38,924 bases of DNA from Octopus sinensis (lineage: Eukaryota), in assembly GCF_006345805.1 (NCBI RefSeq), contig NW_021833467.1, positions 1-38,924 on the forward strand, in the 5' to 3' direction. Both the position numbers and the translations under genes were made by a program. The notes beneath the pieces were generated by a model, which was not told the DNA's origin, ran no database searches, and was given only the letters and a program-made list of their open reading frames with translations. Below are positions 38,113 through 38,924 of the stretch, in pieces. Numbering within the stretch: position 1 is the stretch's first letter; every line of letters begins with the position of its first letter.

Positions 38113-38358
38113 TCTGTTTCAACACACGATTTCACATCAAAATTCTTGCAAAACAAATACATAAACGTGCATATATATATATATGTTTGCGTTTGTTTGA
38201 TGTGTGACTATAGTTTTTGTATTATATTCCTTTATTCCCACTTGTTTCCCCATTCTGATATTCCACGTTATTTTTCTTGTCTTAATATATCTTCTTTTCC
38301 TGCATTTATCGTCTTCTTCACAACTTTTTCTCTACATTCATCTTGTTCATCATTTTCG

Positions 38359-38621
38359 CTTCTTCTTCTTCTTCTTCTTCTTCTTCTTCTTCTTCTTCTT
38401 CTCTTCTTCTTCTTCTTCTTCTTCTTCTTCTTCTTCTTCTTCTTCTTCTTCTTCTTCTTCTTCTTCTTCTTCGTCTTCTTCTATTTTTCTATATCTATAA
38501 TTCTATGATTTATTTTCCTTCACCTTCTTCGTTATTCTTATCAATTTCTAATTTTTCATCAAATCTTTCATCATCATTATGGTCATCATCTTCATCATCG
38601 TCATCATCATCATCATCGTCG

Positions 38622-38665
<44 letters not shown>
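38359..38665. repeat. (CTT)n and (TCA)n microsatellites
   Basis: Seen directly at ~38359-38482 and ~38568-38665. Confidence 0.95.
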
Positions 38666-38666
<1 letters not shown>

Positions 38667-38924
38667 GTATCATCTTCAGCGCTATCATGTTCATAGTCCT
38701 TCTGCTAATCATATTTTCGTATTCACTAATTGTTATAATTTATCACGTCATCATAACTATTTCCTTCCCTCATTTACTCTGCTATTTCTAGCATGCAGAA
38801 TCATCATCACCTTCGTTATGAACATCGTAATAATCGACGTCTTCATCACCAATTACTCGGTAGCGTTTGTCATCATTTTCGATAATAATCATCATCATTA
38901 TCCCCCTTTTCCTTCTCACCGTCA

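Noticed and set aside
38146-38791. Poly-S/L/F/I ORFs
   Set aside because: Translations of (CTT)n and (TCA)n tracts.

Overview
Eukaryotic, AT-rich, microsatellite-dense DNA with no recognisable host gene. The SINE families and repeat style look like octopus/cephalopod genomic DNA (inference from recognised sequence). The window is a pile of nested, decayed transposons: tRNA-derived SINEs, several Penelope-like element (PLE) remnants, an ORF1-only L1/Tx1-like element, two Tc1/mariner-superfamily relics and non-autonomous Helitrons. A RepHel Helitron relic is split by an old Gypsy LTR element, whose LTRs, PBS, PPT and 4-bp TSD are all visible. About 16.3-36.7 kb is a recent tandem duplication of a ~10.2-kb unit with all three junctions in (CA)n tracts. 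The most interesting signal is at the RNA level: about ten minimal type-I hammerhead ribozyme (HHR) motifs. Their core positions 3 and 8 covary through all four Watson-Crick pairs (C-G, G-C, A-U, U-A). There is also a retrozyme-like direct-repeat element carrying an intact HHR with a long stem II, and several HHR-bearing fold-back elements. Element boundaries were read by eye and are approximate unless termini are quoted.
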